64,000 nucleotides of DNA from Candidatus Anstonellales archaeon (GCA_038890615.1 JAWAFI010000001.1:227836-291835); one strand, 5' to 3'; positions 28,557 through 38,649 are shown, numbered from the stretch's first letter. The notes: generated from the sequence alone by a model not told the origin. Numbers and translations: made by a program.

Positions 28557-28834
28557 TACTTCACCTCTGCTTTTGCCTTTGTCCTGCCCTGAAGCACCTT
28601 TTCGTGCTTCTTGTGGCAATTGTTGCATTCAAGTATTAGCTTCTGCCTCTTGCCCTGCTTCTTAACTGCCTTCTTCCCTGCCCTTTTGCCGCCATGGCCC
28701 TTAAGCTTCCTCTCGTGCTTGACATTGCCCATAGCCAATGACCTTGGCTTCCCTTTTGAGGCTACTTTTACTTTATGGGCTACATGCGCCTTGCAAAATG
28801 GGCAATATGTCCTCATCTCTTTTGGAACCTTCAT
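28556..28834 (-). CDS. rpl44e: 50S ribosomal protein L44e
   Basis: MKVPKEMRTYCPFCKAH...LECNNCHK. Confidence 0.95.
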   Translation of the reverse strand: MKVPKEMRTYCPFCKAHVAHKVKVASKGKPRSLAMGNVKHERKLKGHGGKRAGKKAVKKQGKRQKLILECNNCHKKHEKVLQGRTKAKAEVK

Positions 28835-29316
28835 AAATACACCTCCTTGACAAAGCCCTTTGAAAGAAGCCATGTTGCCTCCTCTTGAGGAACGGTTATG
28901 TATTCCCCTTCCTTAAAGGGGCCGTAGACTATTCCTTTCTGGCCCCTATAGGGCTTCACCTCTTTTATTACGAGCAGCCTTTTAATAGTTTTCCTGTCTT
29001 CCATAAGGCCTTCGGAAGCCTTCCTTACCTCCTCAGCGAACTTCTGCTCCTCTGCAGTAAGCCCCTTTGGCACCCCCTTCCTTACGCATTCTATTGCTAT
29101 CTTCTCCATCCTTATGCGCATTATGTCTTTAAGCATCTTCTTCAGGTTCTCAACCTCTCGCATTGCCATAATGTCCCCTGACTGTTTTGCGCTCTCCTCC
29201 TTCTCGCTTATTACCTTCTTCACCTGCTCGTAAAAGTCGGCTGACAGGCTGGTTAGCATGTTGCCCTGCATCTCTGCCCTGTAGTACTCCCTTATAGTTC
29301 CATAGTCAAGAGCCAT
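28831..29316 (-). CDS. GINS complex subunit (Gins51-type)
   Basis: LTSLSADFYE, RIRMEKI, LTAEE, B-domain YGPFKEGEYITVP; canonical position upstream of L44e. Confidence 0.85.
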   Translation of the reverse strand: MALDYGTIREYYRAEMQGNMLTSLSADFYEQVKKVISEKEESAKQSGDIMAMREVENLKKMLKDIMRIRMEKIAIECVRKGVPKGLTAEEQKFAEEVRKASEGLMEDRKTIKRLLVIKEVKPYRGQKGIVYGPFKEGEYITVPQEEATWLLSKGFVKEVYL

Positions 29317-29318
29317 AA

Positions 29319-29391
29319 TGGGCCCGCCCGGATTCGAACCGGGAATCTTCACCGTGTCAGGGTGACGTCATAGCCATTGGACCACGGGCCC
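29319..29391 (-). tRNA. tRNA-Val(GAC), intronless, no encoded CCA
   Basis: Full cloverleaf with anticodon arm TCACC-CTGACAC-GGTGA. Confidence 0.95.
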
Positions 29392-29434
29392 AAAATGATA
29401 AACCCTTACATATATCAAATATTTAAAATCTATG

Positions 29435-29916
29435 CAGGGGATTGGAATCCAGAAGTAATTTTAAATGACAAATTGATGATTAGACAAACAGGCGATAGAT
29501 TATATGCAACAATTGATAGTTATAAATACTACCATCTTAACAATATTAATCTTAAAGATACAAGTTTAGATATAAAGTATGTATTGGCATTATTGAATTC
29601 TAAAATGATGTCTGCATATTATCTATTAGTTACATTAGAAAAAGAAAGAGTTATGGCACAAACTGATATAGAAACCCTCGAAAAATTACCAATTAAGGAA
29701 ATAGAAAAGGAAAAACAGCAACCCCTCATCAAACTCGTTGACAAAATGCTTTCCCTCAACAAGCGCCTAAATGAAATCGGCGACAAAAAGACAGATGAAA
29801 GAGCAAAAATTGAGGAAGAAATAAAAAAGACTGACGCTGAGATTGATGAGCTCGTTTATAAGATTTATGGCATAACTGAAGAGGAGAAGAAGATCATCGA
29901 AGAAAGTATGAAGTAA
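29435..29916 (+). pseudogene. C-terminal remnant of a Type IIG/Eco57I-like restriction-modification enzyme (TaqI-C-like specificity domain)
   Basis: KLMIRQTGDRLYATID, YVLALLNSK, LEKLPIK, EIDELVYKIYGITEEEKKIIE; no methyltransferase motifs; AT-rich. Confidence 0.7.
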
Positions 29917-29988
29917 TGATATGAGAGGCGCAAAAGAGCTAGGAATAATAATTTAAAACCCTCTATCGTTAGATAAGCAGGTGATCAG

Positions 29989-30237
29989 ATGGAACCCAAT
30001 GTAGGAAGCCTTGACAGGATGCTCAGGGTATGCATAGCGCTTGTGTTCATTGCTGCAGCTTACTTCTACAATGTGTGGTGGCTCTATGCGCTTGCGCTTG
30101 TGCCGCTCGCAACGGCGCTGTTCTCCTACTGCCCGCTGTACGCGCCCCTGAAGATAAGCACAATTGAGAAAAAAGAAGAAGCAAAGGAAGAGCCAAAGAA
30201 AGAAGAGCCAAAGAAAAGGAAGAAGCAGAGAAAATAA
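29989..30237 (+). CDS. DUF2892 (YgaP-like) membrane protein
   Basis: NVGSLDRMLR...YCPLY..LKIST. Confidence 0.85.
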   Translation: MEPNVGSLDRMLRVCIALVFIAAAYFYNVWWLYALALVPLATALFSYCPLYAPLKISTIEKKEEAKEEPKKEEPKKRKKQRK

Positions 30238-30267
30238 ACTTTTAATGTTATAGCAGCAAATAGATGC

Positions 30268-30822
30268 ATGATAGAGCTAATAGCGCTAGCTGCTGCTGTT
30301 CTGGGCATTGCAGTCGTTGTGTGGGCTGTGCTCACTTATAACCACTTGGTCAAGCTGTCCCAGCAAGTAAAGAACGCGTGGCACCAGATTGATGTCCAGC
30401 TCCAGCGAAGGCATGACCTAATCCCTAACCTTGTTGAGGCAGTGAAGGGCTACATGAAGCACGAGAAGGAAACCTTGGAAGAAATAACTAAGCTAAGGGC
30501 TGCAATTGTTTCAGGCACCCCTGCAGAAAGGGCATCTGCAAACGAGCGCCTTAGCTCTGCTCTGAAAACAATATTCGCTGTTGCTGAGAACTACCCGCAG
30601 CTAAGGGCAAGCGAAAACTTCCTGAAGCTCCAGGAGGAGCTTACAACTACTGAGAACAGGGTTGCCTATGCTAGGCAGGCTTATAACGATTCTGTATATT
30701 TTTACAATACTGCGATAGCAATAATGCCAAACAACCTCCTTGCTATGTTGCTAGGCATGAAGGAGCAAGAGTTCTTCAGCACTGAACAGAGCAGCAGGGA
30801 GGCTCCAAAGGTGAAAATCTGA
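30268..30822 (+). CDS. lemA: LemA family protein
   Basis: AWHQIDVQLQRRHDLIPNLV, AENYPQLRASENF. Confidence 0.95.
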   Translation: MIELIALAAAVLGIAVVVWAVLTYNHLVKLSQQVKNAWHQIDVQLQRRHDLIPNLVEAVKGYMKHEKETLEEITKLRAAIVSGTPAERASANERLSSALKTIFAVAENYPQLRASENFLKLQEELTTTENRVAYARQAYNDSVYFYNTAIAIMPNNLLAMLLGMKEQEFFSTEQSSREAPKVKI

Positions 30823-30828
30823 GGTGTA

Positions 30829-31719
30829 TTGATGGGTACAAGGCTTTTTGAAGAAGCTGATAAGAATAGGCTCATATCTTCGCTAATGCTTTACACAATG
30901 CTTTTCCTTGTAGCACTTTTCCCAGCCCTTGCATGGATTCTAACTGAGGATTTCTGCATAACAGCAATCCTATTAGCAGTGATGTTCTTTTACGCAGTGC
31001 AGAATTTCTTTTACTCGTTCAGCACAACAATGGGAGTTGTCGGGGCTAGAAAGATTGCGCATGGCTCAGAGCGAAGCCAGAAGGAAAAACAGCTTTTGAA
31101 CATAGTGGAAGAGATGAAGATAGCCTCTGGCTATGGGGGCAACATTGATGTTTACATAATAGAGGACAAAAGCATAAACGCAATGGCAATATCAAGGGGC
31201 AATAAAGCTGCAATAGGCGCAACTAGGGGGGCTTTGGAAAAGCTGACAAGGGAAGAGCTAAGCGGTGTAATAAGCCATGAAATGGCGCATGTAGTAAATG
31301 CTGACAGCGATGTTAAGCTTACCGCATTCATGACCCTTGGGATCCTATATGCTTACCTAAGGATTTTCACAAGGATAAGGCCAACCAGCAACAGCAGGAA
31401 AGGAGGGGCTGCAGTAATGTACCTCCTGCTTGCTGCGCTTTCGATTTTTGCCTATGCAGCTGGGATCCTTATGTTCTTCGCCCTAAGCAGGAAAAGGGAA
31501 ACCCTTGCAGATGTAGAAGGCACTAGGTTCACAAGGAACAAAGAGGCCCTTATAAGCGCCCTTAAGAAAATAGCGACAAATGATGCAATGCAAGTGCCTG
31601 AGACAGCATCTTCCCTTTTCTTCGCAAACCCTCTCAGCCCATTGGAAAGCAAAGTAATGGGGCTATTTGCAACACACCCTCCATTGGAAGAAAGGATAAG
31701 ATACCTGCAAAGCCTCTAG
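30829..31719 (+). CDS. htpX: HtpX-like M48 zinc metalloprotease
   Basis: HEMAH, SRKRETLAD, ATHPPLEERI; follows lemA. Confidence 0.9.
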   Translation: MMGTRLFEEADKNRLISSLMLYTMLFLVALFPALAWILTEDFCITAILLAVMFFYAVQNFFYSFSTTMGVVGARKIAHGSERSQKEKQLLNIVEEMKIASGYGGNIDVYIIEDKSINAMAISRGNKAAIGATRGALEKLTREELSGVISHEMAHVVNADSDVKLTAFMTLGILYAYLRIFTRIRPTSNSRKGGAAVMYLLLAALSIFAYAAGILMFFALSRKRETLADVEGTRFTRNKEALISALKKIATNDAMQVPETASSLFFANPLSPLESKVMGLFATHPPLEERIRYLQSL

Positions 31720-31732
31720 CAGAATGGAAAGC

Positions 31733-32932
31733 TTAAACTATATCAACCTTTCCTTCAACTATCATCTTAGTTATAGCCTCTGTATCCTCAACCATGCTTT
31801 CTGCAATGGCCCTTGCTTTCTTTTCAGCGCCCATGTCGCTTAGCTTTATACCTGCAACTAAAGGCTGATTGAGGGGCCTGCCAAGCTGGGAGAGCAGATA
31901 GACCTCTGCTTCGCTCCCTGTCTCTTTTGCTATCCTCTTTGCTATCTCAAAGGCAAGCACAGAATACACTTTCCCAACATGATTCCTTGGGTTCTTTCCT
32001 GCTGTTGCTTCCAGCGTCATGTGCCTGAAAGGAGTTATCAGGCCGTTTGCCCTGTTGCCCCTTCCAACGCTCCCATCATCCCCCATCTCTGCAGAAGTGC
32101 CTGTGATTGTAAGGTAAAGAGAATCAACCTCGCCTTTCCTGTCCCCGCTGTTCAGGGTTATTGAAACAGAATATGGCTTGCGCCTCCTATTCATTACTGC
32201 TGATGTTTTTTTGCTTATCTCTTCAAGCAGCTTCTCCTTCTTTTCAAAATAATCTTCCATGCTTGTTATATGCCTTGCAACAAATGCACAAGCAACTGTT
32301 AGCTTTACATCATTGCCCATCCTGAGGCCCATCACCTTTACATCCTCCCCAGCATAAGGATGCTTTCTCTTCACCTCTGGGCTATTGAGATACTTTTCCA
32401 CTTGGAAAACAAGCTCCTCAAGAGTGCTCATTGGGGCATAGCCAACTCCAAAGCTCGTGTCGTTTGCAGAGGGCTTCTTGCCTGCAGTAATCTGGAGGTC
32501 TGCAGAGCCAGGGGAAATCCTTGGCTCTATGGTATAGTAATCCTCATCAAGGTAGCGCATTGCGCTCCCCAAGTATTCCTTGACTGCCTTTATTGCTATT
32601 GGGTGCACCCCTATGTGCCTTACCCTTCCATTATCCTTTATCTCGTCGCTTGCCCTTCCGCTTAGGTAGATATGGATTGGCTTAAGTAGCCTGTGCGCCT
32701 TGAAGCCATTCCTATCTATAAATACCTTCCCCCCAGTAATCTGCGCCTTATCCACATTATGGTGGGCTATGTAGCCAAGCTCTTCAAGGTAGATTTTGCT
32801 CAGCTCCCTGCTTATTGCCTCAACTATGTTGTCAGTAAGGGTATCTGGATGCCCCCTCCCTTTTCTCTCAACCATTTCCAGATGGAGCGCATCGCCGCCC
32901 TTGTAATCTATCTTCTCCACTTGTATGTTCAT
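31733..32932 (-). CDS. mat: Archaeal S-adenosylmethionine synthetase
   Basis: [40 protein letters not shown]. Confidence 0.95.
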   Translation of the reverse strand: MNIQVEKIDYKGGDALHLEMVERKGRGHPDTLTDNIVEAISRELSKIYLEELGYIAHHNVDKAQITGGKVFIDRNGFKAHRLLKPIHIYLSGRASDEIKDNGRVRHIGVHPIAIKAVKEYLGSAMRYLDEDYYTIEPRISPGSADLQITAGKKPSANDTSFGVGYAPMSTLEELVFQVEKYLNSPEVKRKHPYAGEDVKVMGLRMGNDVKLTVACAFVARHITSMEDYFEKKEKLLEEISKKTSAVMNRRRKPYSVSITLNSGDRKGEVDSLYLTITGTSAEMGDDGSVGRGNRANGLITPFRHMTLEATAGKNPRNHVGKVYSVLAFEIAKRIAKETGSEAEVYLLSQLGRPLNQPLVAGIKLSDMGAEKKARAIAESMVEDTEAITKMIVEGKVDIV

Positions 32933-33025
32933 GGAAATCCCAACTAATCTTCGCAAAATGCTTTATAATAGTATCCATGAGCCTAAAAGTCTGCAGCAAT
33001 GGTTTAAAAAGAGGCGTAGCAAATA

Positions 33026-34192
33026 ATGGTGATGCTCTCCTTGGTTGAGCCTTTTGTGATTTTCCTTTCGCTTTACATACTAGTAGTGTTTATCATGCTG
33101 CTTTTTGCGTACGAAAATGAGCTTTTCAGGAGCAACAGAAAAACCAAGTGGAGACCACTCGTAAGCGTAGTAATACCAGCGTACAATGAAGAGAATAACA
33201 TAAGGAGGTGCATTGAGTCCCTCCTTAATGCAAATTATCCGCGGAACAAAATAGAGATCATAGTGGTTGACGATGGAAGCAAGGACAGGACTGCTGAGAT
33301 TGCCTCATCCTACAAAGGGGTAATTGTGCTAAAGAAGCCAAACTCTGGGAAGGCAGACAGCTTAAACTACGGGATAAAGCATGCAAAGGGGGAAATAATC
33401 GCAACCCTTGATGCTGATTCCTACATAACAAAAGATGCAATATTGAAAATGCTCCCTCTTTTCTCAAAGGATGCAAAGGCAGTTACTGCTGCTGTGCTTG
33501 TTGACAACCCTAAAAACTTAATTGAGCAGCTTCAAGAGGTTGAGTACGTTTTCACAATCTTTTCAAGGAAGGTCCTGGAAGCCATAGATGCCATCCATGT
33601 AACCCCTGGCCCATTCAGCATGTTTAGGAGGGAGGTGTTTGAGCAGATTGGGGGCTTTGACAGGAACAATATACTGGAGGACCAGGAAATAGCGATGAGG
33701 ATGCAGAAATACAACCTGAAGATAAGGGCTTCTACTGATGCTGTTGTTTATACCAAAGTTCCTGAGAACATGGAGCAGCTCCTGAAGCAGAGGACAAGGT
33801 GGCACCGCGGAGGGCTCAGGAATTCAATAACCTACCTTGAGCTTGTTTCCCCAAAATACGGGGACCTTGGGGTTTTTGTAATGCCCCTGCAATTTGTTTC
33901 AATAGTAACGCTTTTCCTTATATTCGTTTTTGTTTTGCACAAGACTTTTTCTCCTGCCCCGCCCATGACTCTTGAGTTCTTGTTGTTCTACACTTTCTCT
34001 CCACTTATGGTATGCGCTTTAGTGATATTGATGCTTACCTTCCTCTGGGTTTATTACGGCGCCCAAAAGATGGGGGCAAAGCTGAAGCCCCATATGGTAT
34101 TCACATACGTTGTCTCATACGCTTATCTTATCACGCTGTTCTGGGCAAGCGCCTTCCTAAAGGAGATTACTGGCTCAAAGCTGAGCTGGTGA
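33026..34192 (+). CDS. GT2 processive glycosyltransferase
   Basis: VVIPAYNEE, DDGS, DAD, ED, QRTRW motifs; TMs. Confidence 0.9.
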   Translation: MVMLSLVEPFVIFLSLYILVVFIMLLFAYENELFRSNRKTKWRPLVSVVIPAYNEENNIRRCIESLLNANYPRNKIEIIVVDDGSKDRTAEIASSYKGVIVLKKPNSGKADSLNYGIKHAKGEIIATLDADSYITKDAILKMLPLFSKDAKAVTAAVLVDNPKNLIEQLQEVEYVFTIFSRKVLEAIDAIHVTPGPFSMFRREVFEQIGGFDRNNILEDQEIAMRMQKYNLKIRASTDAVVYTKVPENMEQLLKQRTRWHRGGLRNSITYLELVSPKYGDLGVFVMPLQFVSIVTLFLIFVFVLHKTFSPAPPMTLEFLLFYTFSPLMVCALVILMLTFLWVYYGAQKMGAKLKPHMVFTYVVSYAYLITLFWASAFLKEITGSKLSW

Positions 34193-35113
34193 TCATATTT
34201 CCTTTGTCCACCACTTATACTTCTGGTGGGAGTAGAATATCTCCATGCATTCGTTGCTGCTTATAGAAGGCCTTTTCTCTTCTTCGTTTATGTGCTTTTC
34301 AAGCGAATCCAACGTAAGCCCCATGGATTCGAGTTTCCCCAATAGCAGTGTAAGCTCCTCAAACTTCTTCTTGAACTGCTCGTAAGGTATGTAGAATTGG
34401 ATTTTTATAGTATGGTCTATTCCTTTGCCTGAAAGGTGGGGGTAGCTCCAGCGAGGGTGCTCCTTTTCCCATTCTGCTATCTCGTTTTCAGCCCTTCTTA
34501 ATTTATCTAAAAGCTTGCACCTCTCCATTTCTGAAAGGAAAAACTTTAAATCAGAGATGTAGCCAGATGTGATGAACAAAACACTTTTAGAAGATGCTAT
34601 GGCAAAGGCAGCTTTCTCTGGAGTTAGGAAAAGCTTTCTCAGCTCTTCCATGCTGCTGCTTCCCCAGTGGCTTTTTATGTGCTTGTAGAACTGGAGGAAT
34701 GTCTTAAGCATGTGGCAAAAGGATGAGCATGCCTGCTCTGCAACATTGTAGGCAACGACATAGTTGTTTGAGTTCAATGCTTCTGGAAGAGCCTTTTTCT
34801 GCTCCTCGCTGAAAGCATAGTGCTTTGTCGGCCTTGCGCTGATGGACATGAACCTAATAACCTCCCACATCCTCTCAAAATCTTCCATAGTGAAGCCTTT
34901 TTTCTTGTGCTTCAAGAATTCCTTCATCTGCTTCAGCTGTTCTGCGCTTTCAGAATCTTTAACTCCATAGTTGGCTATAAGCAGGTCCTTCCTTTTCTTA
35001 CCTTCATCTGATATTTTCATCCTGCCTTCTTCATCTATGTAAGCCAAGCCCTTCTTTACAAGCTCTGGCAGGTGCCTATGCTTTTTAAACGGCTTTTTTG
35101 TTTTTTCGTTCAT
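34193..35113 (-). CDS. Hypothetical alpha-helical protein
   Basis: 306-aa ORF with typical codon usage. Confidence 0.55.
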   Translation of the reverse strand: MNEKTKKPFKKHRHLPELVKKGLAYIDEEGRMKISDEGKKRKDLLIANYGVKDSESAEQLKQMKEFLKHKKKGFTMEDFERMWEVIRFMSISARPTKHYAFSEEQKKALPEALNSNNYVVAYNVAEQACSSFCHMLKTFLQFYKHIKSHWGSSSMEELRKLFLTPEKAAFAIASSKSVLFITSGYISDLKFFLSEMERCKLLDKLRRAENEIAEWEKEHPRWSYPHLSGKGIDHTIKIQFYIPYEQFKKKFEELTLLLGKLESMGLTLDSLEKHINEEEKRPSISSNECMEIFYSHQKYKWWTKEI

Positions 35114-35152
35114 TACTATCTTTGCTTTTTTGTTGTTTAAATGTTTAACCCT

Positions 35153-36655
35153 TTATATCTCTTGCTTTTCCTTTTTTCCCTTGGCTTTATTCAGCAGCTT
35201 CTTGAACCACCACTTTGGCTCGCTAAGAATATCTTCTTGCTTCTTTCTTTCAAGGGGGCTGATGCAAGGCTGGAGCGCAGTAGCTGCAATATACCCTGCC
35301 TCCCCTTCAAGCCTTCCTTTGCTGAGAAGCCATTCAAGCGTGGCAAAGCTTCTCTCTTCTATTAGCCTCTCTGCAAGCTTCCTCTGGGCTCCAGCAGACA
35401 AGGGATTAAGCCTGCTTTCCTTTATGGCAAACCTCAGGAAAGGGTGGCTCTTCATTTTCTCATCTGGCTCAAGCTCTATCCTTAGCTCAGCTGCCTTCTT
35501 CACTGCCATAGCCCTTACTTCGCCTAAAAATAGGCTGCTCTTTGCTGCCAAGTATATGTTGCTAAACCTATTCCATTCGGCAGAGAGGCTTATGTATGCC
35601 ATGCCTGCCTTCTTCCTTGCGCCATGGGGGAAGCTTTCATTGGTAGCAACTGAGTATAAGTTTGCAAAATCTGCGCTTTTCGCGCATTGCTCTACATAAA
35701 GAGAACCTGCACTCTCCCTAAGTTCTGGCTCAAGACCTTCCAATAACGCTATGCTGAGCAATATTATTTTTTCACTGTTGCCTGCTATTTTTTCAATTGC
35801 AAACTTCTTCAAGCTCGGCGGAATGTCAGTGAGTATGAAGAACGCCTTGAGCTGGCCATAATTATCTTCTGTGATTAGCAGAAGCTTGTTGTGTATAAAA
35901 GAAAGCCCGCATTCTTCAATGCTGCCCTTTGCAAGTTCCCTCAATGCTGGCTTTATAGTACTGTCCATGCTTATGTTTATCAGCATCACAAAATCACCTT
36001 CCTCAACATAGCTCTTTATCCTATTGTAAACTGCCTTGCCTATCTTTTCCCCTGCTATAGACCTTATCCTTTGAGGAAGGAACTCGTCTGATTCAATCTT
36101 CTGTAGCAGTACATAGTTGTTGCTATTTTCTGAAAGCCCTATTAAATTAAGAACGCACTGCTCAGCAGCCTTGGATAATCTCTTTTTAGCATAACGAGGA
36201 ATGCCAGATGTGCCTATTAGATTGTATAATGAATTATAATCGCCTTCTTTGGAGTAAAGCTCAGCAAGCGCATTTGCCGCCTCTAACTTGGCTTGCTTTG
36301 GCAACTTCTTTGTTAAGCACATGTTGGTAAGCAAGCCAGTCTGCTTTTTTCCAATGTACATGTTAACTAATAAAGAGAGAGCTAGCTTTTCAATAGGAGG
36401 GTCAAGCCCCAATTCTACAACAGCAATATGAGGGTAGGTTAGGTTAGCACTCACTATCTTGCTTAAAACAAAAGCAAGCTCCGCCACCTCTTTAGGAAGT
36501 TTTGGGTTTTTTGATGCCTGTCTAAGTTCTTTGTAATCCAAGCGGGAAAGGAGTGCATTGACATACTCAATCCCTGCTGCCACCCTCTCCTCGTTGCTTA
36601 AGCTTTCATCTGATGCTTTATGAAGGAGCAGAGATTCTGGTTGGTGCTCTTGCAT
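35153..36655 (-). CDS. Hypothetical alpha-solenoid repeat protein
   Basis: Recurring LxxIxxxxxLPxxxRxxA-type helical repeats. Confidence 0.6.
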   Translation of the reverse strand: MQEHQPESLLLHKASDESLSNEERVAAGIEYVNALLSRLDYKELRQASKNPKLPKEVAELAFVLSKIVSANLTYPHIAVVELGLDPPIEKLALSLLVNMYIGKKQTGLLTNMCLTKKLPKQAKLEAANALAELYSKEGDYNSLYNLIGTSGIPRYAKKRLSKAAEQCVLNLIGLSENSNNYVLLQKIESDEFLPQRIRSIAGEKIGKAVYNRIKSYVEEGDFVMLINISMDSTIKPALRELAKGSIEECGLSFIHNKLLLITEDNYGQLKAFFILTDIPPSLKKFAIEKIAGNSEKIILLSIALLEGLEPELRESAGSLYVEQCAKSADFANLYSVATNESFPHGARKKAGMAYISLSAEWNRFSNIYLAAKSSLFLGEVRAMAVKKAAELRIELEPDEKMKSHPFLRFAIKESRLNPLSAGAQRKLAERLIEERSFATLEWLLSKGRLEGEAGYIAATALQPCISPLERKKQEDILSEPKWWFKKLLNKAKGKKEKQEI

Positions 36656-36656
36656 T

Positions 36657-36917
36657 TTACCTGAATGAGATTATCTGGTAGCCGTATTTGTCTATGTCCT
36701 CCTGTGCCCAGAACTTCATATCCTTTGTCCTTGCCACATGAGTGACTTTCTTTGCTATACTCCTCCCTGTGTACTTCTTTGACTTGGGATCCCATTCTTT
36801 AAGCACTAGGATATCGCCTGGCTTGCACTCAAAGTCAGCTAGCCTTACTTCACATGTCTTTTCCCCGCTCACAACCTTCTCAAAGAATTGCGGCCATATC
36901 TTCTTTTCGATTTTCAT
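36657..36917 (-). CDS. ASCH/DUF3850 domain protein
   Basis: KKIWPQFFEKVVSGEKTCEVR...GDILVLKEWD...YTGR. Confidence 0.85.
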   Translation of the reverse strand: MKIEKKIWPQFFEKVVSGEKTCEVRLADFECKPGDILVLKEWDPKSKKYTGRSIAKKVTHVARTKDMKFWAQEDIDKYGYQIISFR

Positions 36918-36967
36918 AAGCGAATAAGCGCATAGGGATTTAAAATGCTTGCAACATAAGGATTAGC

Positions 36968-37023
36968 GCCAATGATGAGATAAACAACTTCTGACATGTG
37001 ATGAAGCTGACAGCGCCTGAGGC
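36968..37023 (+). ncRNA. Box C/D guide sRNA
   Basis: C ATGATGA 36972-36978, D' CTGA 36991-36994, C' GTGATGA 36998-37004, D CTGA 37017-37020; two 12-nt guides; GCC/GGC terminal stem; TTTAAAA at 36939-36945. Confidence 0.88.
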
Positions 37024-37090
37024 AAGCGTGCTTGAAGGCAAGGAAATTCTTTTAAGCATTACCTGCCTCTCAAATTTAGGGGGTGATAAC

Positions 37091-37492
37091 ATGATTGACC
37101 CATTTGAAGAATTAAAGAGAATGGAAATGGAGATGCAACGGATGCGCAGAAGATTCCGAGGCATAAACTTTGGCATGCACACAAACGCTGACCTCATAGA
37201 CAACAAGGACAGCTATACTGTCGTGTTTGAGCTCCCGGGATTTGAAAAAAGCGAGATAGAAGTTAACGTCAGCGAAGGGTCTATTTCAGTGAAGGCAGAA
37301 AAAAAAGAGCAGAGGGGCGAGCAGAAGAAGAACTATGTGTACAGGGAGCGCTCTGCCTCAAGCATGTTCAGGACTATTGCCTTCCCTGAGCCGGTTGACC
37401 CGAACAGCGCTGTTGCAACCTACAAGAATGGAATACTCAACGTAGATATCAAGAAGGCAATAGCAAAGAAAAGGAAAGTTGAGATTAAATAA
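37091..37492 (+). CDS. Small heat shock protein (Hsp20)
   Basis: ELPGFEKSEI, RER, YKNGILNV; GGTGA RBS. Confidence 0.92.
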   Translation: MIDPFEELKRMEMEMQRMRRRFRGINFGMHTNADLIDNKDSYTVVFELPGFEKSEIEVNVSEGSISVKAEKKEQRGEQKKNYVYRERSASSMFRTIAFPEPVDPNSAVATYKNGILNVDIKKAIAKKRKVEIK

Positions 37493-37523
37493 CCTTTTTA
37501 ACCTGTTCCTTCCTTTTTAGCCC

Positions 37524-38144
37524 ATGGAAAGAAAGCTCCACTGGCAGATTTACATTGCAGCGCTCATTGTTACTATAGCGATATTCGGGTTTGGCACTTA
37601 TGTTGGCTCTTTCATGGCACAGCAGGCGGCAAGTGTGGCAGAAAGGCAGCTGATTGAAGCAAGGCAAGATCTTATGGAAATAGAGCTCATGCTTTTCCTT
37701 GACAGCTCATACGCTTACTGCCCTTACTACATTGAGCAGTTTGAATCAATCGGCTCAAAAAGGGAGATGCTGGGCAACCAGATAGAGAGCTTGGAAAAAA
37801 GGGGGGAAGACCCAGGAAGCCTTAAAGAGGAGTATTTCTTATTTGAGGCGTTCAACTTTGCAATAGGGCAAAGGATTGCGGGCATGTGCCAGCACGAAGT
37901 AAAGCAGGCGCTCTACTTTTACCCAAAAAGCTGCCAGGAATGCAAAAGCATAGCAGAAGCCCTGGGCAGGCTCAGGGAAAGCAAAGGCTACTATGTTTAT
38001 TCCTTTGATGGGGATTCAAAGTTATCGCTTGTAATGTCTATGAAGAAGCAGTATGGGATAGTAAGCCTTCCTGCTGTTGTATGCAATGGAAGGACAATGC
38101 AAGGGGCTGCGCTCAATGCAGAATCTATTGCAGAGGGCTGCTGA
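37524..38144 (+). CDS. Membrane-anchored protein with a C-terminal thioredoxin-like fold
   Basis: N-terminal TM; YFYPKSCQEC; YGIVSLPAVV. Confidence 0.65.
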   Translation: MERKLHWQIYIAALIVTIAIFGFGTYVGSFMAQQAASVAERQLIEARQDLMEIELMLFLDSSYAYCPYYIEQFESIGSKREMLGNQIESLEKRGEDPGSLKEEYFLFEAFNFAIGQRIAGMCQHEVKQALYFYPKSCQECKSIAEALGRLRESKGYYVYSFDGDSKLSLVMSMKKQYGIVSLPAVVCNGRTMQGAALNAESIAEGC

Positions 38145-38649
38145 GCACAAGCAAGACATAGGGGTAATCGCTGCATCGCTGCTTATAGCATTGGGGGCTT
38201 ATTTTCTCCCTGCATACTTTTCAGAAACTACTTCGCTTGGCGCTCTCTCACTCTTTGTACTTGGATTCTTAAGTACTGCCACCGTTTTTCTCCCTTCAGT
38301 AGCATGGGTCTCATTCTACTTCATAGCATTGCCCTTTCCAATTTGGCAAGCAGCGCTCTTAGGAGGCGCAGGGGCAGCAATAGGGGAGCTAACCTCCTTC
38401 TTTGCTGGATATGGGCTTAGGGGAATGACAAAAGATATGCAGCCACACTATGAGAATGTGAAAAGACATGGATGGATCTTCATACTGCTAGCTTCAATAG
38501 TGCCTAATCCTTTTTTTGATTTTATAGGGCTTGCTGCAGGCTACTTAAGGATGAACCCTTTTGTATTCCTTTTTTCCTGCTTTGCTGGGAAAAGCATAAA
38601 GTTTGCCTTGCTTATGGCAGGAGGGGAGTCTCTTACTCACATGTTCTAG
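38116..38649 (+). CDS. VTT/DedA (SNARE-associated) membrane protein
   Basis: GAAIGELTSFFAG, PNPFFDFIGLAAG. Confidence 0.8.
   Translation: MQNLLQRAAEHKQDIGVIAASLLIALGAYFLPAYFSETTSLGALSLFVLGFLSTATVFLPSVAWVSFYFIALPFPIWQAALLGGAGAAIGELTSFFAGYGLRGMTKDMQPHYENVKRHGWIFILLASIVPNPFFDFIGLAAGYLRMNPFVFLFSCFAGKSIKFALLMAGGESLTHMF

Noticed and set aside
7628..29391. Two near-identical tRNA-Val sequences as attL/attR of a 21.7-kb integrated element
   Set aside because: Both are complete tRNAs with different anticodons (CAC, GAC), the enclosed DNA is core genes (PolD, TBP, ribosomal proteins), and no integrase is present.
29317..29434. ORF-track N-terminal extensions of GINS (to 29352) and of the R-M fragment (from 29377)
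   Set aside because: They run through the tRNA gene and its promoter, so they are artefacts of longest-ORF calling.
36998..37090. Extended Hsp20 N-terminus starting at GTG 36998
   Set aside because: That GTG is the C' box of the sRNA. ATG 37091 has a GGTGA RBS and a typical MIDPFEE start.
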